Source: Deinococcus sp.
Lineage (GTDB): Bacteria; Deinococcota; Deinococci; Deinococcales; Deinococcaceae
Length of the DNA stretch: 64,000 nucleotides
Assembly (NCBI GenBank): GCA_965261005.1
Contig: OZ253375.1
Span: forward strand, 1,536,001 to 1,600,000
Direction: 5' to 3'
Shown: positions 22,147 through 34,445 of the stretch, in pieces
Numbering within the stretch: the first letter of the stretch is position 1
How the letters are laid out: each line of letters opens with the position of its first letter
The notes under the pieces: model-generated
Seen by the model: only the letters and a program-made list of their open reading frames with translations
Database searches by the model: none
What the model was told of the DNA's origin: nothing
Translations under genes and position numbers: made by a program

Positions 22147-22472
22147 ATGCTGCTCAAAGCTTGTTTGAACGGAAACCGCACGCGGCGGGAACATTCCGGC
22201 GTGCCGCAGACACCTCAAGACCCGACTTGGAGGCGCGCCGGCAGGCCATCACAAGTTGAAACGTCCAGCCGGATTTCGCGTCGGTCAACTTCTCCGAGCC
22301 GGACGCCGAGCACCTGCTGCACGGCTTCGACGTTGCCGCTTGGTCGCTGCTGGAATTCGCGGGGTTGCTGGGGTGCGACACCCGGGTTGGTCTGGAAGAC
22401 GTACTGACGCTGCCGGACGGACGACAAGCACAGGGCAACGCCGCGCTCGTTCGGGCCGCGCGGAACATCTGA
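22147..22472 (+). pseudogene. Beta-keto acid cleavage enzyme (BKACE/DUF849) pseudogene
   Basis: N-term LKACLNGNR..EH..VP, then frameshifted remnants ITS*NVQPDFASVNFSE and LLHG...RVGLEDVLTLPDG...NAALV; far shorter than family members. Confidence 0.75.
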
Positions 22473-22517
22473 GGCCGCCGCACGCATACTGGGAAAACAC
22501 CGCTCAAAAGGAGCCAC

Positions 22518-23788
<1,271 letters not shown>

Positions 23789-23792
<4 letters not shown>

Positions 23793-24559
23793 GGCTGCCG
23801 GGCAAAGTCGCCGTCGTGACCGGCGCGGCCTCGGGCATCGGCCTCGCGCTGGCGACCCGCTTCGTGACGGAGGGCGCGACCGTGATCGCCTCGGACCTGA
23901 ACGCCGAGCTGGGGGTACAGAGGGCGGGGGACATCGGGGCGCGCTTTGTGGCGGCCAACGTGGCGAGGAAAGAGGAGGTGGCGAACCTGGTGCGGGACGT
24001 GCTGGACCGCGAGGGGCGCCTCGACCTGTTCTGCTCGAACGCGGGCGTCGCCGTGGACGGCGGCGTGGACGCGCCCAACAAGGGGTGGCAGCTGAGCTAC
24101 GACGTGAACGTGATGGCCCACGTCTACGCGGCCCGGCACGCCTTGCCACACATGCTCTCTCGCGGCGAGGGCTACCTGCTGAGCACCGCCTCGGCGGCGG
24201 GCCTGCTGACCGAGGTCCACTCGGCCCCCTACGCCGTCAGCAAGCACGCCGCCCTCGCCTTCGCCGAGTGGCTGAGCGTCACCTATCAGGAGCAGGGCAT
24301 TCGGGTGAGCTGCCTGTGCCCCGAGGGCGTTTGGACGCCCATGATCGAGAACGCGCTGAGTTTGCAACAGACGGCCATCCAGCCGGAGGAGGTCGCCGAC
24401 ATGGTCGTGCAAGCTCTGGACGAGGAGCGCTTTCTGATCACCACCCACCCCACCACCCTGCCCGCCTTTCAGTTGAGGGCGCAGGACCACGAGGGCTGGC
24501 TGGCCCGCATGCGGGCGCACCGCGAGAGGGCGCTGGCGATGCAGGAGCCGCCCGAGTGA
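23789..24559 (+). CDS. SDR oxidoreductase
   Basis: [21 protein letters not shown] overlap. Confidence 0.9.
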
Positions 24560-25581
24560 GGGGGGACGCCGCCCCCATTCGCCCTGGGGAAGAGCTGGAC
24601 GTGGCGGCGCTGGGGGCCTTTCTGCACGAGGAGCTTGGCGCCACCACGCTGGACGTCGAGCAATTCCCCGGCGGGCACTCCAACCTGACCTACCTCCTCC
24701 GTTTAGACGGCCGGGACTTGGTGTTGCGCCGCGCGCCGATGGGGCCGGTGGCGCCAAAGGCGCACGACATGGTGCGGGAGTACCACCTGCTGGAGCGGGT
24801 TCACCCCCACTTCCCCGCCGCCCCAGAACCGCTGCTGCTGTGCGAGGATCCCGCGGTGATCGGGGCGCCGTTCTTCCTGATGGAGCGGCGGGAAGGCGTC
24901 ATTCTGCGCCGCGCGTTGCCGCCCCAATACGCGGGCGTGCCGGACCTCGGCGAGCGGGTCAGCCGCGCCTTGGTAGACGGGCTGGCCGCCCTGCATGGGG
25001 TAGACATCGTGGACAGCGGCCTGATCTCGCTGGGCAAGCCACAAGGGTTTCTGGAGCGGCAGGTCGAGGGCTGGGCCGGGCGCTGGGAGCGCGCGAAGGT
25101 CAAAGAGCTGCCGGAGATGGAGCGCGTGATCGCCTGGCTGCGCGACGGCCTGCCGCAGCCACAGGAGCCGGCCATCGTCCACAACGACTACAAGCTGGAC
25201 AACGTGATGCTGTCTCCCGACGACCCCGGCCAGATCGTGGCGGTGCTCGATTGGGAGATGGCGACGGTGGGCGACCCCCTGGTGGACCTCGGCCTCAGCC
25301 TGTGCTACTGGCAACAGCGCGGCGAGCCGTTCGGGGCGGAGGGCGGGCCGGGCTGGTTCTTACATGAGCAGTTCATCGCCCGCTACGCCGAAGAGTCCGG
25401 GCGAGACGTGTCGCGCGTGGCGTGGTACGAGGTGCTGGGCGCCTTTAAACTGGCCGTCATTTTGCAGCAGATCTTCTACCGCTACCACGCCGGGCAGACG
25501 CGCGATTCGCGCTTCGCCCAGCTCGACCGGCAGGTGGAGGCGATCCTGGGCATGGCGACCGGGCACATGGCGGCCCGTTGA
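24556..25581 (+). CDS. Phosphotransferase (APH-like; ACAD10/11 kinase / LvaA-like)
   Basis: QFPGGHSNLTY, AHDMVREY, HNDYKLDN, VLDWEM; GTGA overlap. Confidence 0.88.
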   Translation: MRGDAAPIRPGEELDVAALGAFLHEELGATTLDVEQFPGGHSNLTYLLRLDGRDLVLRRAPMGPVAPKAHDMVREYHLLERVHPHFPAAPEPLLLCEDPAVIGAPFFLMERREGVILRRALPPQYAGVPDLGERVSRALVDGLAALHGVDIVDSGLISLGKPQGFLERQVEGWAGRWERAKVKELPEMERVIAWLRDGLPQPQEPAIVHNDYKLDNVMLSPDDPGQIVAVLDWEMATVGDPLVDLGLSLCYWQQRGEPFGAEGGPGWFLHEQFIARYAEESGRDVSRVAWYEVLGAFKLAVILQQIFYRYHAGQTRDSRFAQLDRQVEAILGMATGHMAAR

Positions 25582-26297
25582 GCACCCTCACCCTGGTACG
25601 CCACGGGCAGGCCACCCCCTTCGAGGACGACCCCGACCGCCTCTCCCCCCTTGGCGAACGGCAGGCGCGGGCGCTGACCGAGTATTGGCTGGCGCGCGGC
25701 GTGACCTTCACGGAAGTTTATAGCGGTACCTTGGTTCGGCAACGCCGCACCGCCGAGGTGGTCGCGCGGACGTTTGGAGAGGCGGGCCGCCCCTTTCCAG
25801 AACTTCACCAAGACGCGCGCCTGAACGAGTACGACGTCGAGAGCGTTCTGCGCGGCTTTGCCTCCCAGCTGATCGAAACCAGCCCCGAGTTTGCCAAGCT
25901 TTGGCAAGCCAGCCAGACCCACAAAGATACGCCCGAGCGCAACCGTCACTTCCAGCGCATGCTCGAAGCCCTGATGGGCCGCTGGCTGGAAGCGAGCGAG
26001 GTCCCGGCCGGGGTGGAATCGTGGGGCATGTTCTCGGCGAGAACACAAGCCGTCTTCTCGGACATTCTGACGGCGCCCGGCTCCGGCCGCCGCGCCCTCA
26101 TCTTCACCTCGGGCGGCGTGATCGGCCGCGCGGTGCAGCTCGCCCTACGGGCGCCCGACGAAAGCGCCTTTGCGCTGAATTGGCGAATCAAGAACGCCTC
26201 GCGCACCGAGTTCACCTTTGGCGGCGGGCGGCTTTCGCTGGACGCCTTCAACGTCATGGGCCACTTGGAGGAGGAGGGGCTGGAGAGTTTCCGGTAA
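25578..26297 (+). CDS. Histidine phosphatase family protein
   Basis: LVRHGQA, SGTLVRQRRTA, FTSGG. Confidence 0.85.
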   Translation: MSTLTLVRHGQATPFEDDPDRLSPLGERQARALTEYWLARGVTFTEVYSGTLVRQRRTAEVVARTFGEAGRPFPELHQDARLNEYDVESVLRGFASQLIETSPEFAKLWQASQTHKDTPERNRHFQRMLEALMGRWLEASEVPAGVESWGMFSARTQAVFSDILTAPGSGRRALIFTSGGVIGRAVQLALRAPDESAFALNWRIKNASRTEFTFGGGRLSLDAFNVMGHLEEEGLESFR

Positions 26298-26331
26298 AAC
26301 AAAAAACCGGGAAACCTCTCGGCTTCCCGGT
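26297..26331 (-). terminator. Intrinsic terminator oriented for the minus strand
   Basis: ACCGGGAAGC-CGAGAG-GTTTCCCGGT followed by TTTTTGTTTT on the minus strand. Confidence 0.8.
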
Positions 26332-26470
26332 CATTCAGCAGGCCACTGGAGTTGCACCAATCTACGCTCGTTCCCGCTCGCGCGCCCGTTTTTTAACGAG
26401 GTGGACGCTTCCCTATGCGCCGGCGGCGCTGTGCATGCCTCACGCTGCCGCGCCTCTGTCAAGGCCAACT
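26297..26470 (-). ncRNA. Candidate structured small RNA of unknown class
   Basis: TATACT -10 at 26475-26480, paired 5'/3' ends, internal hairpins, own terminator, no ORF. Confidence 0.55.
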
Positions 26471-26549
26471 AAGAAGTATATAGATTTTTCGTCTGAGAAA
26501 AGCGACAGAGGTCACGCTGATCGCCGCGTCTGCCCGCCGAGAATGCCGC

Positions 26550-27521
26550 ATGACCCTCACCGAACCGCTCGTCACGCTCACCGACATTCAGGCCGCCCAG
26601 GAGCGGCTGCGCGGCCTGATCTACCGCACGCCGCTGGTCCCCTTTCCCGGCGCGCTCGGCCTGCGCCTCAAGGCCGAGAGCTTGCAGCCGACCGGGGCCT
26701 TTAAGCTGCGCGGCGCCTTTAACGCCATCCTGAGCCTGACGGAAGCAGAGCGGGAGCGCGGGGTGGTGGCGCACTCCAGCGGCAACCACGCGCAGGCGGT
26801 GGCCTACGCGGCGCGCTCGCTCGGCGTGCGGGCCACCATCGTGATGCCGGAGAACGCGCCCCAAGTCAAGCTGGAGCGCACCCGCGCCCTCGGGGCGGAG
26901 GTCGTGCTGGTCGCGCCTTCCGGGGCCGCCCGCGCGGCAAAGACGGAGGAACTGGCCGAACAGTACGGCTACGTCCCCATTCCCCCCTACGACGACGCGC
27001 GCATCATCGCGGGCGCGGGCACCGCCGGTTTGGAAATTTTGGAGGACGCGCCGGATGTGGAGACCATCTTGGTGCCGATCAGCGGCGGGGGCCTGATCGC
27101 GGGCGTGGCGGCGGCCGTCAAGCGGACCAAGCCGGGGGCGCGCGTGATCGGCGTGGAGCCGGAACTGGCGGCGGACGCCCGGGCCAGCTTTTTGGCGGGG
27201 GCGCCGGTCGCTTGGGAGGCGCACGAGGTGGGCCGCACCCTGGCCGACGGGCTGCGGGTGCAGCAGCTCGGCGCCCTCAACTGGCCGCATGTGCGCGCCT
27301 TTGTGGACGACATCGTGACCGTGACCGAGGACGAACTGCGCGCGGCGGTGCGGCGTACGGCCCTGGAGGCGCGCCTCATCGCCGAGCCGAGCGGCGCGGT
27401 GACAGTCGCCGCCGCCCTGCGCGCGAACGCCTTGAGCGCGCATCAGTTTGGCGAGACGGTCGCCGTGCTCAGCGGCGGGACAGTTGACCCGGCGCTGCTG
27501 GCCGAAATACTGACGTCTTGA
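26550..27521 (+). CDS. PLP-dependent threonine/serine dehydratase family
   Basis: KAESLQPTGAFKLRGA, SSGNHAQ, PISGGGL, EPSGA. Confidence 0.92.
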   Translation: MTLTEPLVTLTDIQAAQERLRGLIYRTPLVPFPGALGLRLKAESLQPTGAFKLRGAFNAILSLTEAERERGVVAHSSGNHAQAVAYAARSLGVRATIVMPENAPQVKLERTRALGAEVVLVAPSGAARAAKTEELAEQYGYVPIPPYDDARIIAGAGTAGLEILEDAPDVETILVPISGGGLIAGVAAAVKRTKPGARVIGVEPELAADARASFLAGAPVAWEAHEVGRTLADGLRVQQLGALNWPHVRAFVDDIVTVTEDELRAAVRRTALEARLIAEPSGAVTVAAALRANALSAHQFGETVAVLSGGTVDPALLAEILTS

Positions 27522-27532
27522 CTTCGGGCGCC

Positions 27533-28102
27533 CTAGACCTTCGGCTCGATCAGGCCGTAGTTGCCGTCCTTGCGGCGGTACACCACCGCGCAGTGTTCGG
27601 TGGCGGCGTTCATAAAGACGTAGAAGTCGTGGTGCAGGGCGTCCATTTGTAGAGCGGCGTCCTCGGGGGACATGGGGCGCAAATCGAATTTCTTTTGGCG
27701 CACGATCTCGGGGACGGCGCTCACCCCGCCTGGCTCCAAGTCATCCTCCACAGGAGCGGCCACCATGCCGCCCGCGTCGTCCACGCTGGCGTCGTGGCGG
27801 TGGCGCAAGTGCTTGGTCTTGAACTTGCGCAGCTGCCGCTCCAACACGTCGCCGACCCGGTCAATGGCGGCGTACATATCGCTGTGGTGCTCCTCGGCGC
27901 GAATGATCCCGTGCGGCACGTTCAGCTGCACCTCCACCCGGTTGCGGCGCATGGTGTCGCGCACGTCACGCACCGTCAGGACGACCTTGGCGTCCGTGAT
28001 GTGGTCGTTGAAGCGCTCCAGCTTGGAGAGCTTGTGGTCCACGTAGGCGCGCAACGCGTCGGTGACGTCCAGGTTTCGGCCGGTCAGCTGGTAGATGTGC
28101 AT
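27533..28102 (-). CDS. hpf: Ribosome hibernation promoting factor (long HPF/RaiA)
   Basis: TGRNLDVTDALRAY, DMYAAID..LERQLRKFK, C-terminal PMSPEDAALQM..VVYRRKDGNYGLIEP; AGGAGG SD. Confidence 0.93.
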   Translation of the reverse strand: MHIYQLTGRNLDVTDALRAYVDHKLSKLERFNDHITDAKVVLTVRDVRDTMRRNRVEVQLNVPHGIIRAEEHHSDMYAAIDRVGDVLERQLRKFKTKHLRHRHDASVDDAGGMVAAPVEDDLEPGGVSAVPEIVRQKKFDLRPMSPEDAALQMDALHHDFYVFMNAATEHCAVVYRRKDGNYGLIEPKV

Positions 28103-28203
28103 GTGAGACCTCCTGCCGGAGGCCGGCTGTTCGGTGCGTCTCCGGTAAGCCAGTATAGAACGCGCCGCCTCACCGCCCATCTGAACGAAAGTTGATCCAC
28201 CGT

Positions 28204-28899
28204 TTACCCAGGCTCGTTGAGAACCTTATCCGGCGTGTGAAGCACACGCTCCAAGCGACCGTCGAGCAGGTGCAGCACGCGGTCGGCACGCGCCGCGAGG
28301 CCGTCGTCGTGGGTGACCAACAGCACGCCCGCCCCCTGCGAGCGGGCCAGGTCCACCAGCAGGTCGGCCACCGCCCGCGCGTTGGCGCGGTCAAGGCTGC
28401 CGGTCGGCTCGTCGGCCAGCAAGACGGCCGGTTGGAGTGCCAGCGCCCGCGCCAAGGCCGCGCGCTGGCGCTCGCCGCCGGACAGCGAAAGCGGCGCCGA
28501 GTCGCCACGCGCTCCCAAGCCCACCGCGTCCAGCAGGTCGCGCGCCCGCCCACGGCCGTCGCGGCCCAGCACCAAGGCAGGCAGCGCCACGTTGTCGAGC
28601 ACGCTGAGGTCCTCAAGCAGGTAGTGGTGCTGAAAGACCAAGCCCACCCGGGCGGCGCGCAGCCGGGCGCGCGCCTCACCGCCCAAGTGGTCCACGCGCC
28701 GCCCACCCCAGCGAATCTCGCCGCCCTGGGGTTTATCCAGGCCGCCCAGCAGGTGCATCAGGGTGGACTTGCCGCTGCCCGAAGGCCCCGCCACCGCCAC
28801 CACCTCACCGCTGCCGACTTCCAAGCTCACCCCGTGTAATACCTGCACCGCGCCGTAGCGCATGCGGACGTTGTGGGCAGACAGGGCGGGCGCGCTCAT
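28204..28899 (-). CDS. ABC ATPase, LolD/MacB-like (no adjacent permease)
   Basis: GPSGSGKS, LSGGERQR, LADEPTGSLD, VTHD. Confidence 0.9.
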   Translation of the reverse strand: MSAPALSAHNVRMRYGAVQVLHGVSLEVGSGEVVAVAGPSGSGKSTLMHLLGGLDKPQGGEIRWGGRRVDHLGGEARARLRAARVGLVFQHHYLLEDLSVLDNVALPALVLGRDGRGRARDLLDAVGLGARGDSAPLSLSGGERQRAALARALALQPAVLLADEPTGSLDRANARAVADLLVDLARSQGAGVLLVTHDDGLAARADRVLHLLDGRLERVLHTPDKVLNEPG

Positions 28900-28939
28900 G
28901 CACGGATGCTAGCGCACCTGACCTCACCAACTCGGCGCC

Positions 28940-28963
28940 TTGTTTTATACGTTGTTTTGTACG
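28940..28963. promoter_or_regulatory. AT-rich 12-bp tandem direct repeat between divergent genes
   Basis: TTGTTTTATACG TTGTTTTGTACG. Confidence 0.45.
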
Positions 28964-29015
28964 TTACGCCACGCCGCGTTTGGGTTTGTGCCCGGCGCCC
29001 TGTAGCATAAAGGTC

Positions 29016-29719
29016 ATGCTGCTTCGCGAAGCCTTGATTCGCTCTCCCCTGTTCAAGGACGTGCCGCCGGGCGCCATCGATCTGGCCGAGGGATCGGTGA
29101 CCCCGCGCACCTACCGCGGCGGCGAGGCGCTGGTGGCGCAGAATACCGAGGGAGAGACGCTGTACTTGGTCGCGCGTGGCCGGGCGCGGGTGTCGCGCGT
29201 CAGCGCCGCCGGCCGCGACCGGCTGTTGGGGTACCTGTACGCGCCCGCCGTCTTCGGCGACATCGCGGTGCTCATTCGCGGCGAGCGGCACGCCAGCGTG
29301 GTCGCGGACACCGAGCTGACGGCCCTGCTGCTGCACCGCGAGCAGTTCGAGCAATTGATCGCGCGCTATCCCAAGGTGCTGTGGAATTTGGCGGGCATTC
29401 TGGCCGACCGGGTGGCCTCGCTGAACGATGAGCTGATCGCCATTGGCATCAGCACCGAGGCGGCCATGGCCTACGTGTTCACGAATTTGTACCGCCAGCG
29501 CCAAGCGGCCGGCGAGCGCGCGCCCGCCGACTTACCGCTCAGCCAGCAGGACTTGATGCAGCGCCTCTCGGCCTCGCGCGAAACCGTATCGCGGGTGCTG
29601 CGCAAATTAGAACGAGAGGGGGTGGTGCGCGCCCTCGGCGGCGCCGTGCGCCTGCTCGACCTCGCGCGCCTCGACGCGCTGATTCACGGCCTCGAAGAGG
29701 AAGAGGAGACGGCCGAGCC

Positions 29720-29723
<4 letters not shown>
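29016..29723 (+). CDS. Crp/Fnr family transcriptional regulator
   Basis: cNMP-binding fold (LYLVARG, FGDIA..RHASV) and [12 protein letters not shown]. Confidence 0.9.
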
Positions 29724-30904
<1,181 letters not shown>

Positions 30905-30960
30905 AAACACCTCGGGGCGTGAAGGGGACAGACGAACGTTTGTTCTTGCCTCACATGCTA

Positions 30961-32316
30961 TCAAACAAAGGCGCTGAAACCCGTCACCGCCCGGCCGACC
31001 ACCAGGGTGTTGATCTCGTTGGTCCCCTCGTAGCTGTAGATGGCCTCGGTGTCGCAGAAGAAGCGCGCCATGTCGTGTTCGAGCAGAATGCCGTTGCCGC
31101 CCATCAATTCGCGGCCCAGCGCCACCGTCTCGCGGCAGCGCGCGGCGGTGAAGACCTTGGCGAGGCTGGCGTGCTCGTCGCGCATCTGGCCGGCGTCTTG
31201 TAGCTCGGCCAGGCGCAGGCACAAGGTTTGCATGGCGGTCAGGTTGCCCAGCATGTGGACCAGGTGGCTCTGAATCAGTTGGAAGTTGCCGATGGGCTTG
31301 CCGAACTGCTCGCGCGTCTGGGCGTACTTCAGCGCGCGCTCGTAGGCGCCCATCGCGCAGCCGACCCCTTGCCACGCGACGCCGGCGCGGGTGGCGCGCA
31401 GCACGTCGGCGGTCAGGCGAAAGGTGCCGGCGTTCTGAAGGCGGTCGCCTTCCGGCACGCGGCAATTCGTCAGGGTGATGTGGCCGTTTTCCACCATGCG
31501 CAGGGCGATCTTGCCGGTCATTTTTTCCACCGCGTAGCCGGGGTTACCCTTGCGGACGAGAAAGCCCTTGACCTGCCCGTCCGCCTCGTCGCGCGCCCAG
31601 ATCACCACCACGTCCGCGAAGGTCGCGTTGCCGATCCACTTCTTTTCGCCGTTCAGAATCCAGCCGTCGCCGTCGCGGCGGGCCGTGGTCGTCAGGCCGC
31701 CCGACGCCGCGCTGCCCACCTCCGGCTCGGTCAGGCCAAAGGCGCCGATGGCGTCCATCGAGAGCAACTTGGGAATCCACTCGCGCCGCTGCGCCTCCGA
31801 GCCGCCCAGCGCGATGGATTCGAGGGCCAGCCCCGCGTGGACGCCGAAAAAGGTGGCGGTCGAGACGTCCACCCGCGCCATCTCCATGGTCACCATCCCC
31901 TCCACCACGCTGGCGTCCGGCGTGCGGGTGCCGTCCGGGTTGTAGATCTCGCGTATCAGGTCGAGGTCGCGGAACTTGCCGATCAATTGTTTGGGAAACT
32001 CGTCGCGGCCCCAATACTCGTTGGCAATCGGCGCGACCTCCGCTTCCATGAAGCGGCGCACCCGCCCTTGAATCTCGCGCTGGCGCCCCGTCAAGGTGGC
32101 GGCGACGTCGTAGAAGTCGCCGTTCACCCCGGGCAGGGGTTTGGGCTTGGCCCCAGCCCCACCCATCAGCTTGCCCAGCTGCGCGAGCTGCGCGTCGTCG
32201 AGGCGCGAGGCGGCGCTCAACAGGGCGGGCAAATCGAGGCGCTGGGACAGTTCACCCAACTTCTGCAAGTCGAGCTTGGACAGCAGGGCCGTCAGATCGG
32301 GCTGGGTTTGGGTCAT
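30961..32316 (-). CDS. Acyl-CoA dehydrogenase (glutaryl-CoA dehydrogenase/ACX4-like)
   Basis: [33 protein letters not shown]. Confidence 0.9.
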   Translation of the reverse strand: MTQTQPDLTALLSKLDLQKLGELSQRLDLPALLSAASRLDDAQLAQLGKLMGGAGAKPKPLPGVNGDFYDVAATLTGRQREIQGRVRRFMEAEVAPIANEYWGRDEFPKQLIGKFRDLDLIREIYNPDGTRTPDASVVEGMVTMEMARVDVSTATFFGVHAGLALESIALGGSEAQRREWIPKLLSMDAIGAFGLTEPEVGSAASGGLTTTARRDGDGWILNGEKKWIGNATFADVVVIWARDEADGQVKGFLVRKGNPGYAVEKMTGKIALRMVENGHITLTNCRVPEGDRLQNAGTFRLTADVLRATRAGVAWQGVGCAMGAYERALKYAQTREQFGKPIGNFQLIQSHLVHMLGNLTAMQTLCLRLAELQDAGQMRDEHASLAKVFTAARCRETVALGRELMGGNGILLEHDMARFFCDTEAIYSYEGTNEINTLVVGRAVTGFSAFV

Positions 32317-32414
32317 GCCCCGTCATACGGCATTCGAGTGGACGCGTGTGGGGCCGGGCTAACGGATTGAACGGACGCTCAAGTGCGGCGCTCGCTTGCG
32401 GCATAGTGATGGAA

Positions 32415-32900
32415 ATGCGCCCAGCCGAGCCGCTCGCCATCAAGCCCGCCGGCTACCTCCAGCTCGAAAGCTACAGCTCGCTGAGGCGCTTCTGGTCGTA
32501 CCTCGACGGCGCCGAGCGGGTCGGGCGGCGGGTGAGTATGATGCGTGGCGACGCGGAGAACATCTGCCGACGCCGTATTGAGGGGTACAGCTTGGCAAAT
32601 GCGGGCGCCTTGCTGGACATCGAAAAGGCCGAACAGGAGATAGAGGAGACCATCGCCGGCTTCGAGCTGCTCGCCTTGGCGGCGGGCGACCCCAGGCCGC
32701 TGCAAACCCTGCTCAGCGAGCGCTACGAGCTGCGGGCCGCCTTCGTGCTGGCCCTCACCAAGGCGCGCGACCTGATCGTGCGGCCGGAGCTGAACTACAA
32801 GGTCTTGGAGGGCGACGACCTCGGCGTGAAGCTGGTGCCCAAGCGCTTCGGGCGCGACGAACTGAGGTTCATGCTCGACAAGGCGTGCGGGCTGACGTGA
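32415..32900 (+). CDS. Hypothetical protein
   Basis: Protein-like composition, fills the gap between genes; CATAGT 7 nt upstream; alternative ATG 32409. Confidence 0.7.
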   Translation: MRPAEPLAIKPAGYLQLESYSSLRRFWSYLDGAERVGRRVSMMRGDAENICRRRIEGYSLANAGALLDIEKAEQEIEETIAGFELLALAAGDPRPLQTLLSERYELRAAFVLALTKARDLIVRPELNYKVLEGDDLGVKLVPKRFGRDELRFMLDKACGLT

Positions 32901-32906
32901 GGCCCG

Positions 32907-34445
32907 CTACTGCGGCGCGATCCAGATGTTTCTGAACTGCACCTTATTCGCGTGGTCTTGCAGCCGGATCGGCCCCGGCGCGTCCGTCTCGGGGTCGCCC
33001 AGGAAGGTGCTGCCGGGCAGGTCCACGTTGTCCTGCACCTTTTCGCCGTTCAGCCAAGCGGTCACGCGGGCGTCCTCGGTCTTCTGGCCGCCCTGCCAGC
33101 GCGCCGCGCGGAAACTTACGTCATAACTTTGCCAAGTGCCGGCGGGCAGGGCGGCGTTGCCGCTGGCGTCCCTGACACCGTAAATGGCGCCGAGGTCGTT
33201 CTTGTCCGCCAGCGTCTTGCCAAACGAGTCGAGAATCTGAAGCTCGTAGCGGCCCTGCAAGTACACGCCGCTGTTGCCCCGGTCCTGCTCGTTCTGGGCG
33301 CTCGTGACCGGCACCTTGAACTCCAGGTGGAGCCGGAAGTCGCCGAAGGTGGTTTTGGTGCGAACGTCGTTGGGGCTGTTCGAATTGCCGCTCGGCTTCA
33401 CCGTGAGCGCGCCGCCTTGCACCGGCCAGTCAATCGGGCTACCCGAGCCGTTTTGCCACGCGGAGGTGTCCTGCCCGCCGAACAAGACCGTCGCCCCGCT
33501 CGGCGCCGGAAAATAGGCCAGCGGGCGCAGCTGAATATTGCGGTAGTACACCTCGGCGCCTTCGGCCTGAAGCAGAATACGCCCCGAGGTCAGCGGCGAG
33601 CCGTCCGGCGCGCGCAGCTTGGAGGCGCGGACCGTGACATTGCCGTTGACGATCTGCGCCGCCTCGTCGCCCGACACGATCAGGGTGAGGTCGTTCCAGT
33701 CGGTCAGCTTCTCGTGGTCGCCGGCCTTGACAAGGCGGAGATAGCCGCCTGCGGTGTTGTCCGAAGTGTAGGACTCGCCAAAAGGGTCGTACTGCACTTT
33801 GTCGGCGCTCTTGTCTTGTACGGTCGTGGTGAGGTTAATTCCCTCCAGCAGCCACAAGTCGCCGGTTTCCCCCTCCTTGACCTGAAACTCGGCGCTGCTG
33901 GGCCACACGCGGCCCTTGCTGGCGCTGATGGCCTTGTCCGAACTTTGGGCGCCGTACAGCACGCCGGCGTCCCTTGGCTGGTCCAGGCGCGGCGCGAACT
34001 TCTTCGTGCCCCACTTGTATTGCAGGCGCAACTGGTAATTGGCGTAGCTGTTGTTGGTGGATAGATAGCCAAATTCCTGATCCTGGCCGGCGGACGGCGC
34101 CGTCACGTCCAGCACATGCAGCGCCCCGTTCTCGATCTTAAAGACGCCCTTAGGATCGTTGTCTTTACCGGTCGAGGGCAACCACCTGTACCAGCCGCCA
34201 AAATTCTGCCCGTTGAACAGCGGCGCCCAACTGGTCTGCGGCGAGGGCAGGTTGACGGTCGGGGCTGGCGTTGGCGTTGGCGTTGGGGCCGGGGTTTGCG
34301 GCAATTGCTGGTCCGGCGACTGGTCCTGGGGGGCCTGAGACGGTCCCGAGCAGGCCGTGAGGCTGGCGCCCAGCAGCAGGGCCAGGCCGACACGCCGGAG
34401 AGACGGAGAGGAAGAAAAGCGGTCGTGCGCGCGGTGTTTCGGCAT
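32907..34445 (-). CDS. Lipoprotein with two DUF1080 (3-keto-disaccharide hydrolase-like) domains
   Basis: Lipobox LTAC, PT linker, LFNG..GW...LQAEG..YRNI and LFGG...GNSGVYLQGRYELQILD...LQDH..FRNIW. Confidence 0.8.
   Translation of the reverse strand: MPKHRAHDRFSSSPSLRRVGLALLLGASLTACSGPSQAPQDQSPDQQLPQTPAPTPTPTPAPTVNLPSPQTSWAPLFNGQNFGGWYRWLPSTGKDNDPKGVFKIENGALHVLDVTAPSAGQDQEFGYLSTNNSYANYQLRLQYKWGTKKFAPRLDQPRDAGVLYGAQSSDKAISASKGRVWPSSAEFQVKEGETGDLWLLEGINLTTTVQDKSADKVQYDPFGESYTSDNTAGGYLRLVKAGDHEKLTDWNDLTLIVSGDEAAQIVNGNVTVRASKLRAPDGSPLTSGRILLQAEGAEVYYRNIQLRPLAYFPAPSGATVLFGGQDTSAWQNGSGSPIDWPVQGGALTVKPSGNSNSPNDVRTKTTFGDFRLHLEFKVPVTSAQNEQDRGNSGVYLQGRYELQILDSFGKTLADKNDLGAIYGVRDASGNAALPAGTWQSYDVSFRAARWQGGQKTEDARVTAWLNGEKVQDNVDLPGSTFLGDPETDAPGPIRLQDHANKVQFRNIWIAPQ

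Noticed and set aside
26337..26470. Canonical tRNA or cobalamin riboswitch
   Set aside because: T-loop-like arm present, but no cloverleaf or CCA end, no B12-box, and no downstream gene on that strand
28964..29010. RDRM/DdrO box (TTACG...GCATAA pieces)
   Set aside because: Half-sites do not form the 17-bp palindrome; none seen upstream of recN either
34258..34295. GGCGTT short tandem repeat
   Set aside because: Simply encodes the Pro-Thr linker of the DUF1080 lipoprotein
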